Shown: piece by piece, positions 27,121 to 37,880 of the stretch
Layout of the letters: each line of letters starts with the position of its first letter
Numbering within the stretch: the first letter of the stretch is position 1
Assembly (NCBI GenBank): GCA_963820205.1
Contig: CAWFZJ010000016.1
Span: forward strand, 4,493-68,492
Reading direction: 5' to 3'
Length of the DNA: 64,000 nt
Source of the DNA: an uncultured Verrucomicrobiae bacterium
GTDB taxonomy: Bacteria > Verrucomicrobiota > Verrucomicrobiia > Limisphaerales > UBA11358
The notes under the pieces: model-generated
What the model saw: the letters and a program-made list of their open reading frames with translations, nothing else
What the model was told of the DNA's origin: nothing
Databases searched by the model: none
Position numbers and translations under genes: made by a program

Positions 27121-27741
27121 TCAGCCTTTCGCCAGTTCAACAAAATTCTTCAGCAATTGCAAACCGACCCGCTGGCTTTTTTCCGGATGGAATTGTGTGG
27201 CAAAAACGTTGTCGCGCCAGACGGACGAGGCAAAGGTGTCGCCATAATCCGTGCGCGTGGCAACAACGGCCGAATCCGCCGGCTGCGGATAAAAGCTATG
27301 GACGAAATAGACGTAACTGCCATTGGCCACACCTCGAAACAGCGGACAATCCGGCTTCACGATTTCAAGCTGGTTCCAGCCAATCTGCGGAATTTTCAGT
27401 CCATGCTTTTCCGAAAAGCGGATGACCTTGCCGTTGAAAATGCCGAGCCCGGCGGCGCAACTGTTGAATTCCTCGCTCTTTTCAAACAACGCCTGATAGC
27501 CGACGCAGATGCCGAGGAATGGTTTGCCGGATTTGATGAACGCGCGAGCCGCTTCGAGCAGTTCCTGTTTGCGCAGGGCGTTGATGCAATCGTCGAACGC
27601 GCCGACGCCGGGCAGGACCATCGCCCGCGCATCGCCGATTTCATCCGGTCGCTGTGCGATGCGCACGTCCGCGCCGGCCTTGAGCAGGGCCTTGTGGACA
27701 CTGCGCAAATTGCCGGAGCCGTAATCAAGCAGGGCGATCAC
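27121..27741 (-). CDS. hisH: imidazole glycerol phosphate synthase, glutamine amidotransferase subunit
   Basis: It reads MIALLDYGSGNLRSVHKAL...LPGVGAF...GKPFLGICVGYQALF...VYFVHSF. It is colinear with HisH, with the catalytic Cys in GICVG. Confidence 0.9.
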   Translation of the reverse strand: MIALLDYGSGNLRSVHKALLKAGADVRIAQRPDEIGDARAMVLPGVGAFDDCINALRKQELLEAARAFIKSGKPFLGICVGYQALFEKSEEFNSCAAGLGIFNGKVIRFSEKHGLKIPQIGWNQLEIVKPDCPLFRGVANGSYVYFVHSFYPQPADSAVVATRTDYGDTFASSVWRDNVFATQFHPEKSQRVGLQLLKNFVELAKG

Positions 27742-27851
27742 ATTGAAATTATACGTGAATGGGTGAATCGTTAAAACGTTAAATCGCAGTCACGATGTTG
27801 GAGTGCAACCTTCAGGTTGCTTCGGTTAAAAGCATGAATTGCCCCGGCAAG

Positions 27852-28979
27852 CTAAAGCTTGGATTCCAACTCACGCTCCGTCTTCAATCGCAACTGGCCG
27901 CACGCGGCGTCAATGTCGCGGCCCTTCTCGCGGCGCAACGTGGCGACGACCTTTTGCTTTTCCAGCGCGGCGAGAAATTTTTCCTGGGCTTCCTCGTCCG
28001 AACGCTTCCACGGCAAACCTTCGACCTGGTTGTATGGAATCAAATTCACCTTGGCAAAAAGTCTGCGCGCAAGAGCGGCCAGCGGCTTCGCCTGCTCAAC
28101 CGAATCGTTCACGCCGGCAATCAGGATGTATTCAAACGTAAGCATCCGGCCCTTTTGCCCCTGATACTCTTCACACGCCGCGACGAGTTCCTTGAGCGGA
28201 TACCTATGGTTTACCGGCATGATTTTGTCGCGCACCTCATCGGTGGCGCCATGCAGCGAAATCGCGAGGCGAAATTGCAACTGCTCGGCAGCGAGCCGGC
28301 GGATCTGCGGCGCGAGGCCGCTGGTCGAAATCGTGATTTTCCGCGCCCCGATGCCGCCGCCCCATGGCGCATTCAAAATGCGCAACGCCTTGAGCAGGTT
28401 GTCGTAATTCGCCAGCGGCTCGCCCATGCCCATGACAACCAGATTGTCCACAGTCCGTAGTCCACAGTCCCCAGTTGGCGGTTGTGCTGCGGACAACTGA
28501 CTGCGGACTGTGGACTGTGGACCAAGTCTTTCGACTGACATGACCTGCTCGACGATTTCGTCCGGTGTGAGATTGCGTTTCCAGCCATCAAGGCCGCTCG
28601 CGCAAAATTTGCAGCCGTAGGCGCAGCCGACCTGGGTGGAAATGCAGAGCGTATGGCGGTCGCTGGCGTCGCCATAAAGTGCGGGATTGGCGGGGATTAA
28701 AACGCTTTCGATGAGTGAATGGTCGTGAAGCCGCCAGAGAAATTTCTGTGTGTGGTCGTGTGCGCCCTGTTTGCGGATGAGTTCGATCGTTTGGAGCGAA
28801 AAGTTTTCCTTCAATTGCTCGCGGAGCGGCTTGGGCAGGTTCGTCATCGCTTCCCAGCTCGTGGCGCGATGGACATAAAGCCATTCGAGCAACTGGGCCA
28901 CGCGATACTTGGGCTGCTTCCAGGCGGCGAACTGCGTTTCCAGTTCCTCGCGCGTCAACGATTTGATGTCTTGCAACAC
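27852..28979 (-). CDS. rlmN: 23S rRNA/tRNA adenine-C2 methyltransferase RlmN (radical SAM) carrying an in-frame repeat insertion
   Basis: It reads CISTQVGCAYGCKFCASG ... VVMGMGEPLANYDN ... INLIPYN. Compared with E. coli and B. subtilis RlmN, about 13-16 extra residues lie before VVMGMGEP. Confidence 0.9.
   Translation of the reverse strand: MLQDIKSLTREELETQFAAWKQPKYRVAQLLEWLYVHRATSWEAMTNLPKPLREQLKENFSLQTIELIRKQGAHDHTQKFLWRLHDHSLIESVLIPANPALYGDASDRHTLCISTQVGCAYGCKFCASGLDGWKRNLTPDEIVEQVMSVERLGPQSTVRSQLSAAQPPTGDCGLRTVDNLVVMGMGEPLANYDNLLKALRILNAPWGGGIGARKITISTSGLAPQIRRLAAEQLQFRLAISLHGATDEVRDKIMPVNHRYPLKELVAACEEYQGQKGRMLTFEYILIAGVNDSVEQAKPLAALARRLFAKVNLIPYNQVEGLPWKRSDEEAQEKFLAALEKQKVVATLRREKGRDIDAACGQLRLKTERELESKL
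28446..28522. repeat. palindromic heptamer-repeat element inside rlmN
   Basis: The left arm is GTCCACA GTCCGTA GTCCACA GTCCCCA (28446-28473). The right arm is CTGCGGA CTGTGGA CTGTGGA C (28501-28522). The arms are mutually complementary. The element is translated as GPQSTVRSQLSAAQPPTGDCGLRTVD. Confidence 0.85.
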
Positions 28980-29204
28980 ATCCGCAACTTAACCGGCGCG
29001 GGACGGGAAACCAAGCGCATCGTCAGGCAACGCCCGGATAAAAGCCCGGCCTCCGCACTCGGGCCATGCTGTAATTCTGCCGGCAGGCCCGAAAGCTTGC
29101 GTGCTTTGCCATGCCTGTTCATCCTAAAAAATGTTGAATAAAATGGATTTATGTGCTTGCCTTATTTTTGTTCATCGGTCAAATGCGTAAAGGGATTTAA
29201 ACGC

Positions 29205-32200
29205 ATGAATTTGTTTCCTATAGCCGGTCGCGATCTATTGATGGTCGCCGTTTTGGGAGGTTTCTTGGCTTCCGTCGAAGTGTCCGGTGCGCAGTCGTCA
29301 GCCGACGGCCGGGCCACGAACGAAATCCGGATTGTGGAACTGCAAGGCACGGCGGAGGTCGCGTCCGCCACCGCCACAACCTGGTCCCCGGCGCAAACCA
29401 ACCAAATCCTGCGCCCGTTCGACCGGTTGCGCACCGGCGCCAACAGCCGGATTGCACTTCTTTGGTCGGATCGGAGTGTGGTGTCTTTTGGCGCCTTGAC
29501 GGAGGTTGAAGTGTTGCCGCCCTATTCATCCGATGCGCAATGCGGACTGCATTTAATCCGGGGCATTTTCTCGTTTTTCCATCGTGACGAGCCGGGACGC
29601 ATCCGGGTCATCACCCGCGGCGCCGTTGCCGGAGTGGAGGGCACGGAATTCGTCCTGGCAGTCGAGCCTGGGAAGGACACGGAGCTGGCGACGATGTCTG
29701 TGATTGACGGCAAAGTCCGGTTTGGCAACGAACAGGCCACGCTCCTGCTGACCAATGGCCAGCAGGCCGTCGTCGAGCCGGGCAAAGCGCCCGTCCGCAC
29801 CGCGGGTTTCATTGCCAACAACGTTCTGCAGTGGTGCTTTTACTATCCAGCGGTGATTGACCCGGCTGATTTGCTGTTCACGCCGGGAGAGCAAAAGATC
29901 CTCGGAGGATCCCTCCGGGCCTATCGCTCGGGCGATTTGCTGGCGGCGCTGGCCAAATATCCGGCCGGGCGACAGCCCGGTTCCGACGCCGAGCGGTTAT
30001 ATTATGCCGGCCTGTTGCTTGGCGTCGGACAGGTTGAACCAGCCGAAACGATGCTGACTTCGCTGTCCGCCACCGATGCCTCCAGCCGTCCGCAACGGGT
30101 TGCCGCGGCCCTGCGCAAACTCATTGCCGCCGTGAAACGACAACCCAATCCCGCGACCGGCCAGCCGCAACTGGCCACCGAATTCCTGGCGGATTCCTAC
30201 TACGAACAATCGCGCGCCCTCCCCGGAACTTCATTGCCGGCCGCGCTGGATTTGGCCCGGCAGGCCGCGACCAACTCCCCGGAGTTCGGTTTTGGCTGGG
30301 AACGGGTGGCGGAACTGGAATTCAGTTTTGGTCACACCAGCCGTGCGCTCGAAGCTCTGGATAAAAGCCTGGCACTCGCGCCGCGCAATGCCCAAGCACT
30401 CGCGTTGAAGGGCTTTCTGATCGCGGCGCAAAATCACGTTGGTGATGCCATTGGCTGGTTCGACCGGGCGCTGGCCGTGGACTCCGCCCTCGGCAACGCG
30501 TGGCTTGGGCGCGGGCTTTGCCGCATTCGCCGGGGCGACGCCAAGGGCGGACGCGAAGACCTGCTGGTGGCTGCCGCGCTTGAGCCACAGCGCGCCGGGC
30601 TGCGAAGTTATCTGGGCAAGGCTTACGCGGGTGCGGGTGATTACCCGCGCGCCGGCAAGGAGCTTCAACTCGCAAAAAAGTTGGATCCCAATGACCCGAC
30701 GGCATGGCTTTATTCCGCCCTGCTCAACCAGGAGAACAACCGGATCAACGACGCGATTCGGGACCTGGAAAAATCGCAGGCCTTGAATGACAACCGGAGC
30801 GTTTATCGCTCACAACTGCTGCTGGACCAGGATCAGGCGGTGCGCAGCGCGAATTTGGCCGCGATGTACCAGGACGCGGGCATGTTCGACGTGGCCGTGC
30901 GCGAGGCTTCACGCGCGGTGAATTACGATTACGCGAATTTCTCGGCGCACCTTTTTTTGGCGAACAGCTATATTGAACTCAGCGACCCAAACGAAATCAA
31001 TCTCCGTTATGAAACCCCCGCCGAAAATGAATATCTGCTGGCGAATTTGCTGGCCCCGGTGAGCGCCGGGATGTTTTCCCCCACCATCTCACAGCAGGAA
31101 TACTCCCCGCTGTTCGAGCACGATCGCCTTGGGGTCGTTTCGAGCACGGAATATCTGAGCCGCGGGGCTTGGACGGAGTCGGGCGCGCAATTCGGCACCT
31201 TTGAAAATTTCAGCTATGACGTGGAGGCATCTTATCGTTCAGACCCGGGCCAGCGGCAAATAATGACATCGAGCAGCGGCAACTTTCTCTGACGGTCAAG
31301 CAACAGATTACGCCACAGGACAGTGTTTATGTGAATGTTCAACAATACGAGGCGGACAGCGGGGATTTAGCCCAGTATTACAATCAAAACCTGGCCAGCC
31401 CGACTTATCGCATGGACGAGCAGCAGGATCCGAACGTAAGTCTTGGCTATCATCATGAATGGAGTCCCGGGGTTCACACCTTGTTTTTTGCGGCCCGGCT
31501 CGACGACACTTATTCGGTCACCAACTCCACGCAGCCTTCCCTGTTTGAAATTTTCCCAGACAATACCACCGGTGTCCCCACTTTCAAGTCTGGCCAGAAC
31601 ATCACAACGCGCGAGCATTATACGGACAAGTTGGATATTTATTCCGGAGAACTGCAGCAGATTTGGGAGGGGCCTGTACACAACACCATTGTCGGCGCGC
31701 GCCTTCAGTATGGTCATTTTGACACCACCACTTTACAGGCCAATCCGTACCCCGTAGCCTATGCTTTCACCAATTCCACAGCCGCGCAACAGGACATCAA
31801 CTCCCTGTTCAAGCGCATCAGTTTTTACGGTTATCATCAATGGCAGATTTTCGAGCCGCTGCAATTGATTGGCGGCGTGACTTACGACCTTATCACCTAC
31901 CCGGAAAATTTTCGGAGCGCGCCGATTTCAGGGAACGAAACGACGACGGATCAAGTTTCTCCCAAAGCCGGCCTGATTTGGACACCGGCGGACAAGACCA
32001 CCGTCCGTTTCGCCTATACCCGTTCGCTGGGCGGCGCAAGTTTGGACCAAAGCTATCAACTGGAACCATCGCAAGTGGCTGGCTTCGTCCAATCGTTCCG
32101 CAGCATCATTCCTGAATCCATCGCCGGGGATAATGCCGGGGCTAAATTTGAAACCTGCGACCTTTCTCTGGAACAAAAATTCAGCACGGGAACTTATCTG

Positions 32201-32779
32201 GGCCTTTCCGGCGAGATATTGAACTCCACCGTTAATCGGGTTGATGGCGCCTTCGACTATTATCCCCTCAAGTTGGTTGAACCCGTTACAGCCGGAGCGC
32301 GCGAAAACCTGAATTACCAGGAAAAATCTCTGCTGTTCACCGCCAACCAGTTGCTGGGCCGGGAATGGTCGCTCGGTGCGCGCTATCGCCTCACTCAAGC
32401 GGTCTTGAACGACAATTACCCCGATGTGCCGGTCACTCCACCAGCTATTAAGAATCCAATAATTCCAGGTCAGCGGTTCGAGGGAGTTTTGCAACAGTTG
32501 AGTTTGTCGGCGATTTACAACCATCGCTGCGGTTTCTTTGCCCAGGGAGAGGCCAATTGGTATGGCCAAAACAATAGCGGCTACACCCCCGGTGAGCCGG
32601 GCGCTGACTTCTGGCAATTTAACGCGTTTGTCGGCTATCGTTTTCCGCGTCGAAAAGCCGAAATCATGCTCGGTTTGCTAAACCTCACCAGCCAAAACTA
32701 CAATCTCAACCCGCTCAACCTTTACAACGAACTGCCGCGCTCGCGCACACTGGACCTGCGTCTGCAGATGAATTTCTAG
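29205..32779 (+). CDS. FecR-domain / TPR-repeat / C-terminal beta-barrel outer-membrane protein, frame interrupted near 31255-31262
   Basis: It has a signal peptide (MNLFPIAGRDLLMVAVLGGFLASVEVSGAQS), a FecR-like region and TPR repeats in ORF 29151..31292. The barrel part, ending ..LDLRLQMNF*, is in ORF 31331..32779. The second frame is open upstream through ..NNDIEQRQLSLTVKQQ. Confidence 0.75.
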
Positions 32780-32784
32780 GTGAA

Positions 32785-32821
32785 AAACCGGGCTGAACTT
32801 CGGTTCAGCCCGGTTTCTTTT
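32785..32821. terminator. bidirectional intrinsic terminator
   Basis: The hairpin is aaaccgggctgaac-ttcg-gttcagcccggttt. It has flanking A and T runs and lies between convergent genes. Confidence 0.8.
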
Positions 32822-32853
32822 AAGGCATGCGTGTTCCCATTTTTCAACTGCAT

Positions 32854-33576
32854 CTAGGGATTAAACCCGGTCAGGACGATGGGATAGTTGGTTGTCGGCA
32901 CATGATTCGGAAAATAGATTGTGAATCTGTAAACGGGGCTGAATGGCGGGTTGGGAATGGTGACCGTTGTTTGATTACAACCGGTATCGCCATATTCTCC
33001 CCCATACATAATTTTTGTATCTGTCCGCCCACCGCCATCAGCCGCCGTGTGGACCGTCCCGGAAGGCACCCAACCCCAGCCTTGAGAAATTGTCTTGGTA
33101 TAATTTACATATCCAGCATAATTGCCCGGACAGGGGTTTTGTGTGCCACCACCAGCTAGAGGTCCGCCGAACACAACGACAGGTTGTCCGAGATTAGGAA
33201 CAACTACATTCAGCGACGCCGCGCGGGTCGGCACTGCATCTCCGCCACTCTGGGAAACATTACATGAGTATGAGCCCGCGTCATTGACCCCGACGTTCTC
33301 AAGGGTCAGACTGCTGTTGGTTTGTCCCTCAATGGCGACTCCGTTGGACAGCCATTGATAACTGTCGGCATTGACCGCCTGCACCGATAATACGGCATTC
33401 GATCCCACAGTAACGGCCTGGTCAACTGGTTGGGCTGTTATCGTTGGAAACTCGGATTGATCAAGAGCATCGGTGGTTTGGGCATGAACACTGTTTCCGG
33501 CAATGACAACCAAGCCTGTGATTGCCGCCAGTGTGATAATGTGATGAATTTTGATATGAGGGATATGTTTGTACAT
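32854..33576 (-). CDS. secreted Ig-like domain protein
   Basis: The signal peptide is MYKHIPHIKIHHIITLAAITGLVVIAGNSVHAQ. The Ig I-set-like pattern is ITAQPVDQAVTVGSNAVLSVQA..YQWLSNGVAIEGQTNSSLTLENVGVNDAGSYSCNV. Confidence 0.75.
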   Translation of the reverse strand: MYKHIPHIKIHHIITLAAITGLVVIAGNSVHAQTTDALDQSEFPTITAQPVDQAVTVGSNAVLSVQAVNADSYQWLSNGVAIEGQTNSSLTLENVGVNDAGSYSCNVSQSGGDAVPTRAASLNVVVPNLGQPVVVFGGPLAGGGTQNPCPGNYAGYVNYTKTISQGWGWVPSGTVHTAADGGGRTDTKIMYGGEYGDTGCNQTTVTIPNPPFSPVYRFTIYFPNHVPTTNYPIVLTGFNP

Positions 33577-33835
33577 AAGGTTTTTTTTGGTTTTTGCCGT
33601 CGTCCTCCTTGCGCCCGACAACACCCTGGAATCTGCACAGCAGTTTTTCTCAACTCTCAGGCTAACATCAAATAATACGCAATAACCGGACCAATCTTTC
33701 AGGCGTTTTGACTGAATTATTATGATGGCAAGACAGAACCGACTGGCTGCCGTGCATCATTCGTTTCCCCTTTTTCAACAAACGACGCAAAAAAACGCTG
33801 ATTTCCCAGCCCCCTTTTTCTAAACTCAGGCAGAG

Positions 33836-35851
33836 GTGAAGGTCAAAGCCATTGGACAACCTGAATTTTCAAAACCCGTGCTGGGCGCGGTGGTGGCGGT
33901 GCTTTGCGGTCTCTTGTTGTGGGGAATGCCGCTGGGCGAGCCTTGGGTGAATGCCAGCTACGATTATTTGTTCCGCTTCGGCACGCACACCGTCACAAAC
34001 CGGGTGACCCTCATCCTGATGGACAATGAGGCATATGATTACTTTCACCAAATACGCGGACAGGTGTGGAACCGCGGATTACACGCCCGGTTGCTGAACC
34101 GGCTGGCGGATGATGGTTGCGCGCTCGTGGTGTTCGACTCCTTCTTCCGGCAACGGCAACCGCGCGATCCAGCACAGGACGAAGCCCTGGCCGAAGCAAT
34201 GCGGCGGCAACGGCAAATCGTGTTGGGGGCCGAACAGGCACAAGTAACATATTCGACGCTGGACGGGGTGCAGCCAACACCGCCATCAGAACCATTTCTC
34301 AGTGCCGCAGGAACCAATTGGGGCGTTGCCTGCCTTGATCGGGACCTTGACTTGATTGTGCGCCGGCATTGGCCGTTTCCATCCCCAGGGCCATATCCGA
34401 GTCTGCCTTGGACCGCCGCGCAACTGGCCGGGGCGTCGTTGAGCGAAAACCCGCAGGAACGGTGGTTGCGTTACTACGGCCGCGATGGCGGGGCAACCAA
34501 ATTGAGTTACCGGTTCGCGTTGGACCGTCCGACGAATTATTTCCGAGGTCAGATTGTGTTCATCGGCATGGCGCCGGAAACATCGGTGCCCGGCAACGAA
34601 AAGGACAAATTTAGCACTCCGTACACGCGCTGGACCAGGGAATCTACTGGTGGCGTGGAAATCCTGCTCACCTCCTTTCTGAACCTGATGAATGGCGACT
34701 GGTTGCGGCGGCCGGCCGGATGGCTGGAGACATTGGTGCTGGTGACCGCCGGATTGCTGCTGGGTGGCGGATTGTGCCGGATGCGACTGCCGGTGGCCTG
34801 TACGGTTGCGGCGGGAGCCGCTTTGGTGGTGGCGTTCGGCGCTATTTCCTGGAGTTACTTCACCAATTATTGGTTTCCCTGGCTGGTAATCGTTGGCGGC
34901 CAGGTGCCCTGCGCCCTGGCTTGGGCGCTGACAATGGAGATACGTTACGCGCTCGAAAAACGGACGGTTTCAGTTTCCTTGTCATTTCCCCGCCCTGCGG
35001 CTGCCGTCGAGGACTTGCCGGATGCTCCGGATTACGAATTGTTCAATCCACCCTTTGGCGAGGGCGCTTATGGAAAAGTCTGGCTGGCGCGAAACAAGAC
35101 CGGACAATGGCGGGCACTGAAGGCGGTTTACCTGGCAAACTTTGACCAAAATACCGATCCCTACGAGCGCGAGTTCAACGGCATCAAAAAATACCAGCCG
35201 GTTTCCGACCAGCACCCCGGCCTGTTGCGCGTCGAATTTGTCAGTGAGAAACTGGCGGGATATTTTTATTATGTGATGGAGTTGGGGGACCCGCTGGAGC
35301 CGGGTTGGGAAAGGGAGCCTTCCACCTACAAACCGCGTGATTTGGTGAGTGAACGCGCCCGTTCCCGTGGCCGGAGGCTGCCGGTGCGGGAATGTGTGCG
35401 GATTGGGCTGGCCCTGAGTGATGCCCTTGATTTTCTCCATCGCCAGGGGCTTACGCATCGCGACATCAAGCCCCAGAACATTATTTTTGTAAACGGCCAG
35501 CCCAAGCTGGCGGATCTGGGACTCATCACTGAAATCCGGCCGCCCGACCAGGAGCGAACGTTGGTGGGCACACCTGGCTATATGCCGCCACCGCCGGAAC
35601 GGCCGGGCACATCACAAGCGGATATTTTCGCCTTGGGCATGGTGCTTTACGTGCTCAGCACCGGCCGCAATACGGCCCATTTTCCGGAGATTGCAACAAC
35701 CCTGGTTGAGGACAGGGATCCGGCGGATTTCTTCCCGTTGAACACCGTCATCCTCAAGGCTTGTCAGCCGGACCCGGCGCAACGTTATGCCTCGGCTGCG
35801 GAAATGCACCGTGCCTTGCAGGCGGCGCAAAAAAAGGTTGAAGCAGTTTGA
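33836..35851 (+). CDS. CHASE2 sensor domain / Ser-Thr protein kinase
   Basis: It starts at GTG. The N-terminal periplasmic CHASE2-like region is followed by TM helices. The kinase region is GEGAYGKVWLARN..ALK..HRDIKPQNIIF..LADLGL..GTPGYMPP. Confidence 0.85.
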   Translation: MKVKAIGQPEFSKPVLGAVVAVLCGLLLWGMPLGEPWVNASYDYLFRFGTHTVTNRVTLILMDNEAYDYFHQIRGQVWNRGLHARLLNRLADDGCALVVFDSFFRQRQPRDPAQDEALAEAMRRQRQIVLGAEQAQVTYSTLDGVQPTPPSEPFLSAAGTNWGVACLDRDLDLIVRRHWPFPSPGPYPSLPWTAAQLAGASLSENPQERWLRYYGRDGGATKLSYRFALDRPTNYFRGQIVFIGMAPETSVPGNEKDKFSTPYTRWTRESTGGVEILLTSFLNLMNGDWLRRPAGWLETLVLVTAGLLLGGGLCRMRLPVACTVAAGAALVVAFGAISWSYFTNYWFPWLVIVGGQVPCALAWALTMEIRYALEKRTVSVSLSFPRPAAAVEDLPDAPDYELFNPPFGEGAYGKVWLARNKTGQWRALKAVYLANFDQNTDPYEREFNGIKKYQPVSDQHPGLLRVEFVSEKLAGYFYYVMELGDPLEPGWEREPSTYKPRDLVSERARSRGRRLPVRECVRIGLALSDALDFLHRQGLTHRDIKPQNIIFVNGQPKLADLGLITEIRPPDQERTLVGTPGYMPPPPERPGTSQADIFALGMVLYVLSTGRNTAHFPEIATTLVEDRDPADFFPLNTVILKACQPDPAQRYASAAEMHRALQAAQKKVEAV

Positions 35852-35924
35852 CCGTCAGTTCCTTGCCCACATGACAAACTTTGTATCCAACCAAACAGAA
35901 CGGTTTGCGATTATTCCGAAAAGT

Positions 35925-36323
35925 TCAATCCCCCAGACGCGGCCGGTCCAGATGGCTCCGCACGATCCCGGCAAGATTCTCCGGTGAAAATGGTTTTTGC
36001 AGAAAATACCCATGGGATTTAATTATTTCCGCCAGATTGAGGATGTCGAGACTGTGGCCGCTCATGAATATCACCTTAAGACCGGGTCGTTCGCGTTTTA
36101 ATCTGTCTGCCAATTGCCTGCCATTAAGGCTGCCAGGCATCGTCATGTCAGCCAGTAATAAATCTATTTGTGACGCCTTGGTCTTCCAGATGTTCAAAGC
36201 TTCCGAGCCATCGGAAGCTTCCCAGATTTGACAACCCGATTCTTCCAAGGCGTCCCGGACAACCGTTCTGACATCAGAATCGTCATCCACCAACAGTATT
36301 TTTTTCGTGCTCATGTGTGTCAT
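35925..36323 (-). CDS. single-domain response regulator (CheY-like receiver)
   Basis: It reads KKILLVDDDSDVR...DLLLADMTMPG...KVIFMSGH. Confidence 0.85.
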   Translation of the reverse strand: MTHMSTKKILLVDDDSDVRTVVRDALEESGCQIWEASDGSEALNIWKTKASQIDLLLADMTMPGSLNGRQLADRLKRERPGLKVIFMSGHSLDILNLAEIIKSHGYFLQKPFSPENLAGIVRSHLDRPRLGD

Positions 36324-36329
36324 TTTTGT

Positions 36330-37880
36330 TCAGGGAATTAATATCTTTGCCACGCCTGAAGCCTGGGCCGGCAGGAAAATTTTGAAGGCGGTTCCCTTCC
36401 CAAGCTGGCTGGATACCACGACCCAGCCATGATGTTGTTTGACGATGCCATAAACAATTGCCAGGCCAAGACCGGCGCCTTTGCCGGCCTCCTTGGTGGT
36501 AAAGAATGGCTCGAAAATCCGCGGCAAATATTCCGGGTAGATGCCCGTCCCGGTATCACTTACCGTCAGGCAGACAAACTCACCGGGCCGTGCTTCGGAA
36601 TGGGTTTCAACGTATGCCGCATCGAGGCTGATTGACTCCGTGGCAATGACAATATGCCCGCCTTGGGGCATGGCATCGCAGGCGTTGACAATCAAATGGA
36701 CGAGAACCTGCTCGATCATGCTGACGTCAGCGTTAACGGTGGGCAAGTCCCTGGCGTAATGGTACTGCAGGACAATCTGCGCGCCGATGAGGCGGTCCAG
36801 CCTTGGGGTGAAATTGCTGATAACCCGGTTCAGATCCGATGGTTGAAATTGAATGGCCTGTTTCCGTCCGAAAGCGAGCAATTGGCGGATTAAATTCGTG
36901 GCGTTGTCCGCGGCAGCGATGACGTGTTTAAGATGCTGGCGGTTCTGCTCGCTGAGTTGACTTTCATCCGTCAGCGCCAATTTGATGTTGTCATGAATGA
37001 CGGCGAGAAGGTTGTTGAAATCATGGGCGATGCTTCCGGCGAATTGACTCATCACTTCCATTTGCTGTGCCTGATGCAATTGTTCCTCAAGCCGCTTGCA
37101 TTTGGTGATGTGATGTATTTGTTCCTCAAGCTGCTTGCGTTTGGTGATGTCTTGTTTAACCGCAATAAAATGGCTGATTTCTCCATTGCTCTCCCGGAGC
37201 GGCGTGATGGACATTTCCTCGTTATAGAAGGTTCCATCTTTGCGCCGGTTGATTAATTCGCCGCGCCAGACCTGGCCGGTCAGGATGGTTTTCCAGAGTT
37301 CCTGGGAAAAATCGGCCTCGTGTTTGTCAGACTCGATAAAACGGGTGGTTTGGCCGAGAATTTCCTCCAAGTCTTGGCCGGTCATCGCGCAAAAAGCCTT
37401 GTTGGCGAAAAGAATCTTCCCCGCCTTGTCCGTCAGTATGATGCCATTGGCAGCGGCTTCCAAAGCGCTGGATTGAACACGCAACTGCTGTTCCACCCGC
37501 TGCCGCTCCATTCGTTCCTGGGGCTTAAGCAACGCGCGTTGCGCTGCCTGTCCCAACTGATGGAGATGGTCTTTGAAAACATAATCTGTAGCGCCTGATT
37601 TCAAGCATTCCACGACCTGTTTTTCTCCGCTGGCTCCAGTGACAAAAACGAATGGCGTATCCGGCTGAAGTTTCTTGCTCGCGGCGAGTGCGGCAAATCC
37701 ACTGTAAGCTGGGAGGGCAAAATCCGAGAGGATCAAATCAAATTGGGTTTGTTTCAATGCCGCCTGAAATTCCTCCTTTGAGCTTGCGTGCGTCACCTGG
37801 CATGCCAGCCCATCGTTTATCAATTTTTTTTCCAGCAGTTGCCGGTCGCCAAGGTCCTCTGCTAGGAGCAAAATGTGCAT
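36330..37880 (-). CDS. hybrid sensor kinase: receiver - PAS - HisKA - HATPase_c
   Basis: It reads MHILLLAEDL..DLILSDFALP (receiver). The PAS region is ILTDKAGKILFANKAFCAMTG..WRGELINRRKDGT. The H-box is SIAHDFNNLL, and the ATPase region carries G-boxes DTGTGI / GLGLAIV. Confidence 0.85.
   Translation of the reverse strand: MHILLLAEDLGDRQLLEKKLINDGLACQVTHASSKEEFQAALKQTQFDLILSDFALPAYSGFAALAASKKLQPDTPFVFVTGASGEKQVVECLKSGATDYVFKDHLHQLGQAAQRALLKPQERMERQRVEQQLRVQSSALEAAANGIILTDKAGKILFANKAFCAMTGQDLEEILGQTTRFIESDKHEADFSQELWKTILTGQVWRGELINRRKDGTFYNEEMSITPLRESNGEISHFIAVKQDITKRKQLEEQIHHITKCKRLEEQLHQAQQMEVMSQFAGSIAHDFNNLLAVIHDNIKLALTDESQLSEQNRQHLKHVIAAADNATNLIRQLLAFGRKQAIQFQPSDLNRVISNFTPRLDRLIGAQIVLQYHYARDLPTVNADVSMIEQVLVHLIVNACDAMPQGGHIVIATESISLDAAYVETHSEARPGEFVCLTVSDTGTGIYPEYLPRIFEPFFTTKEAGKGAGLGLAIVYGIVKQHHGWVVVSSQLGKGTAFKIFLPAQASGVAKILIP
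37080..37157. repeat. 39-bp tandem duplication in the PAS-to-HisKA linker
   Basis: Units 37080-37118 and 37119-37157 differ at 5 of 39 positions. They encode ITKRKQLEEQIHH / ITKCKRLEEQLHQ. Confidence 0.85.
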
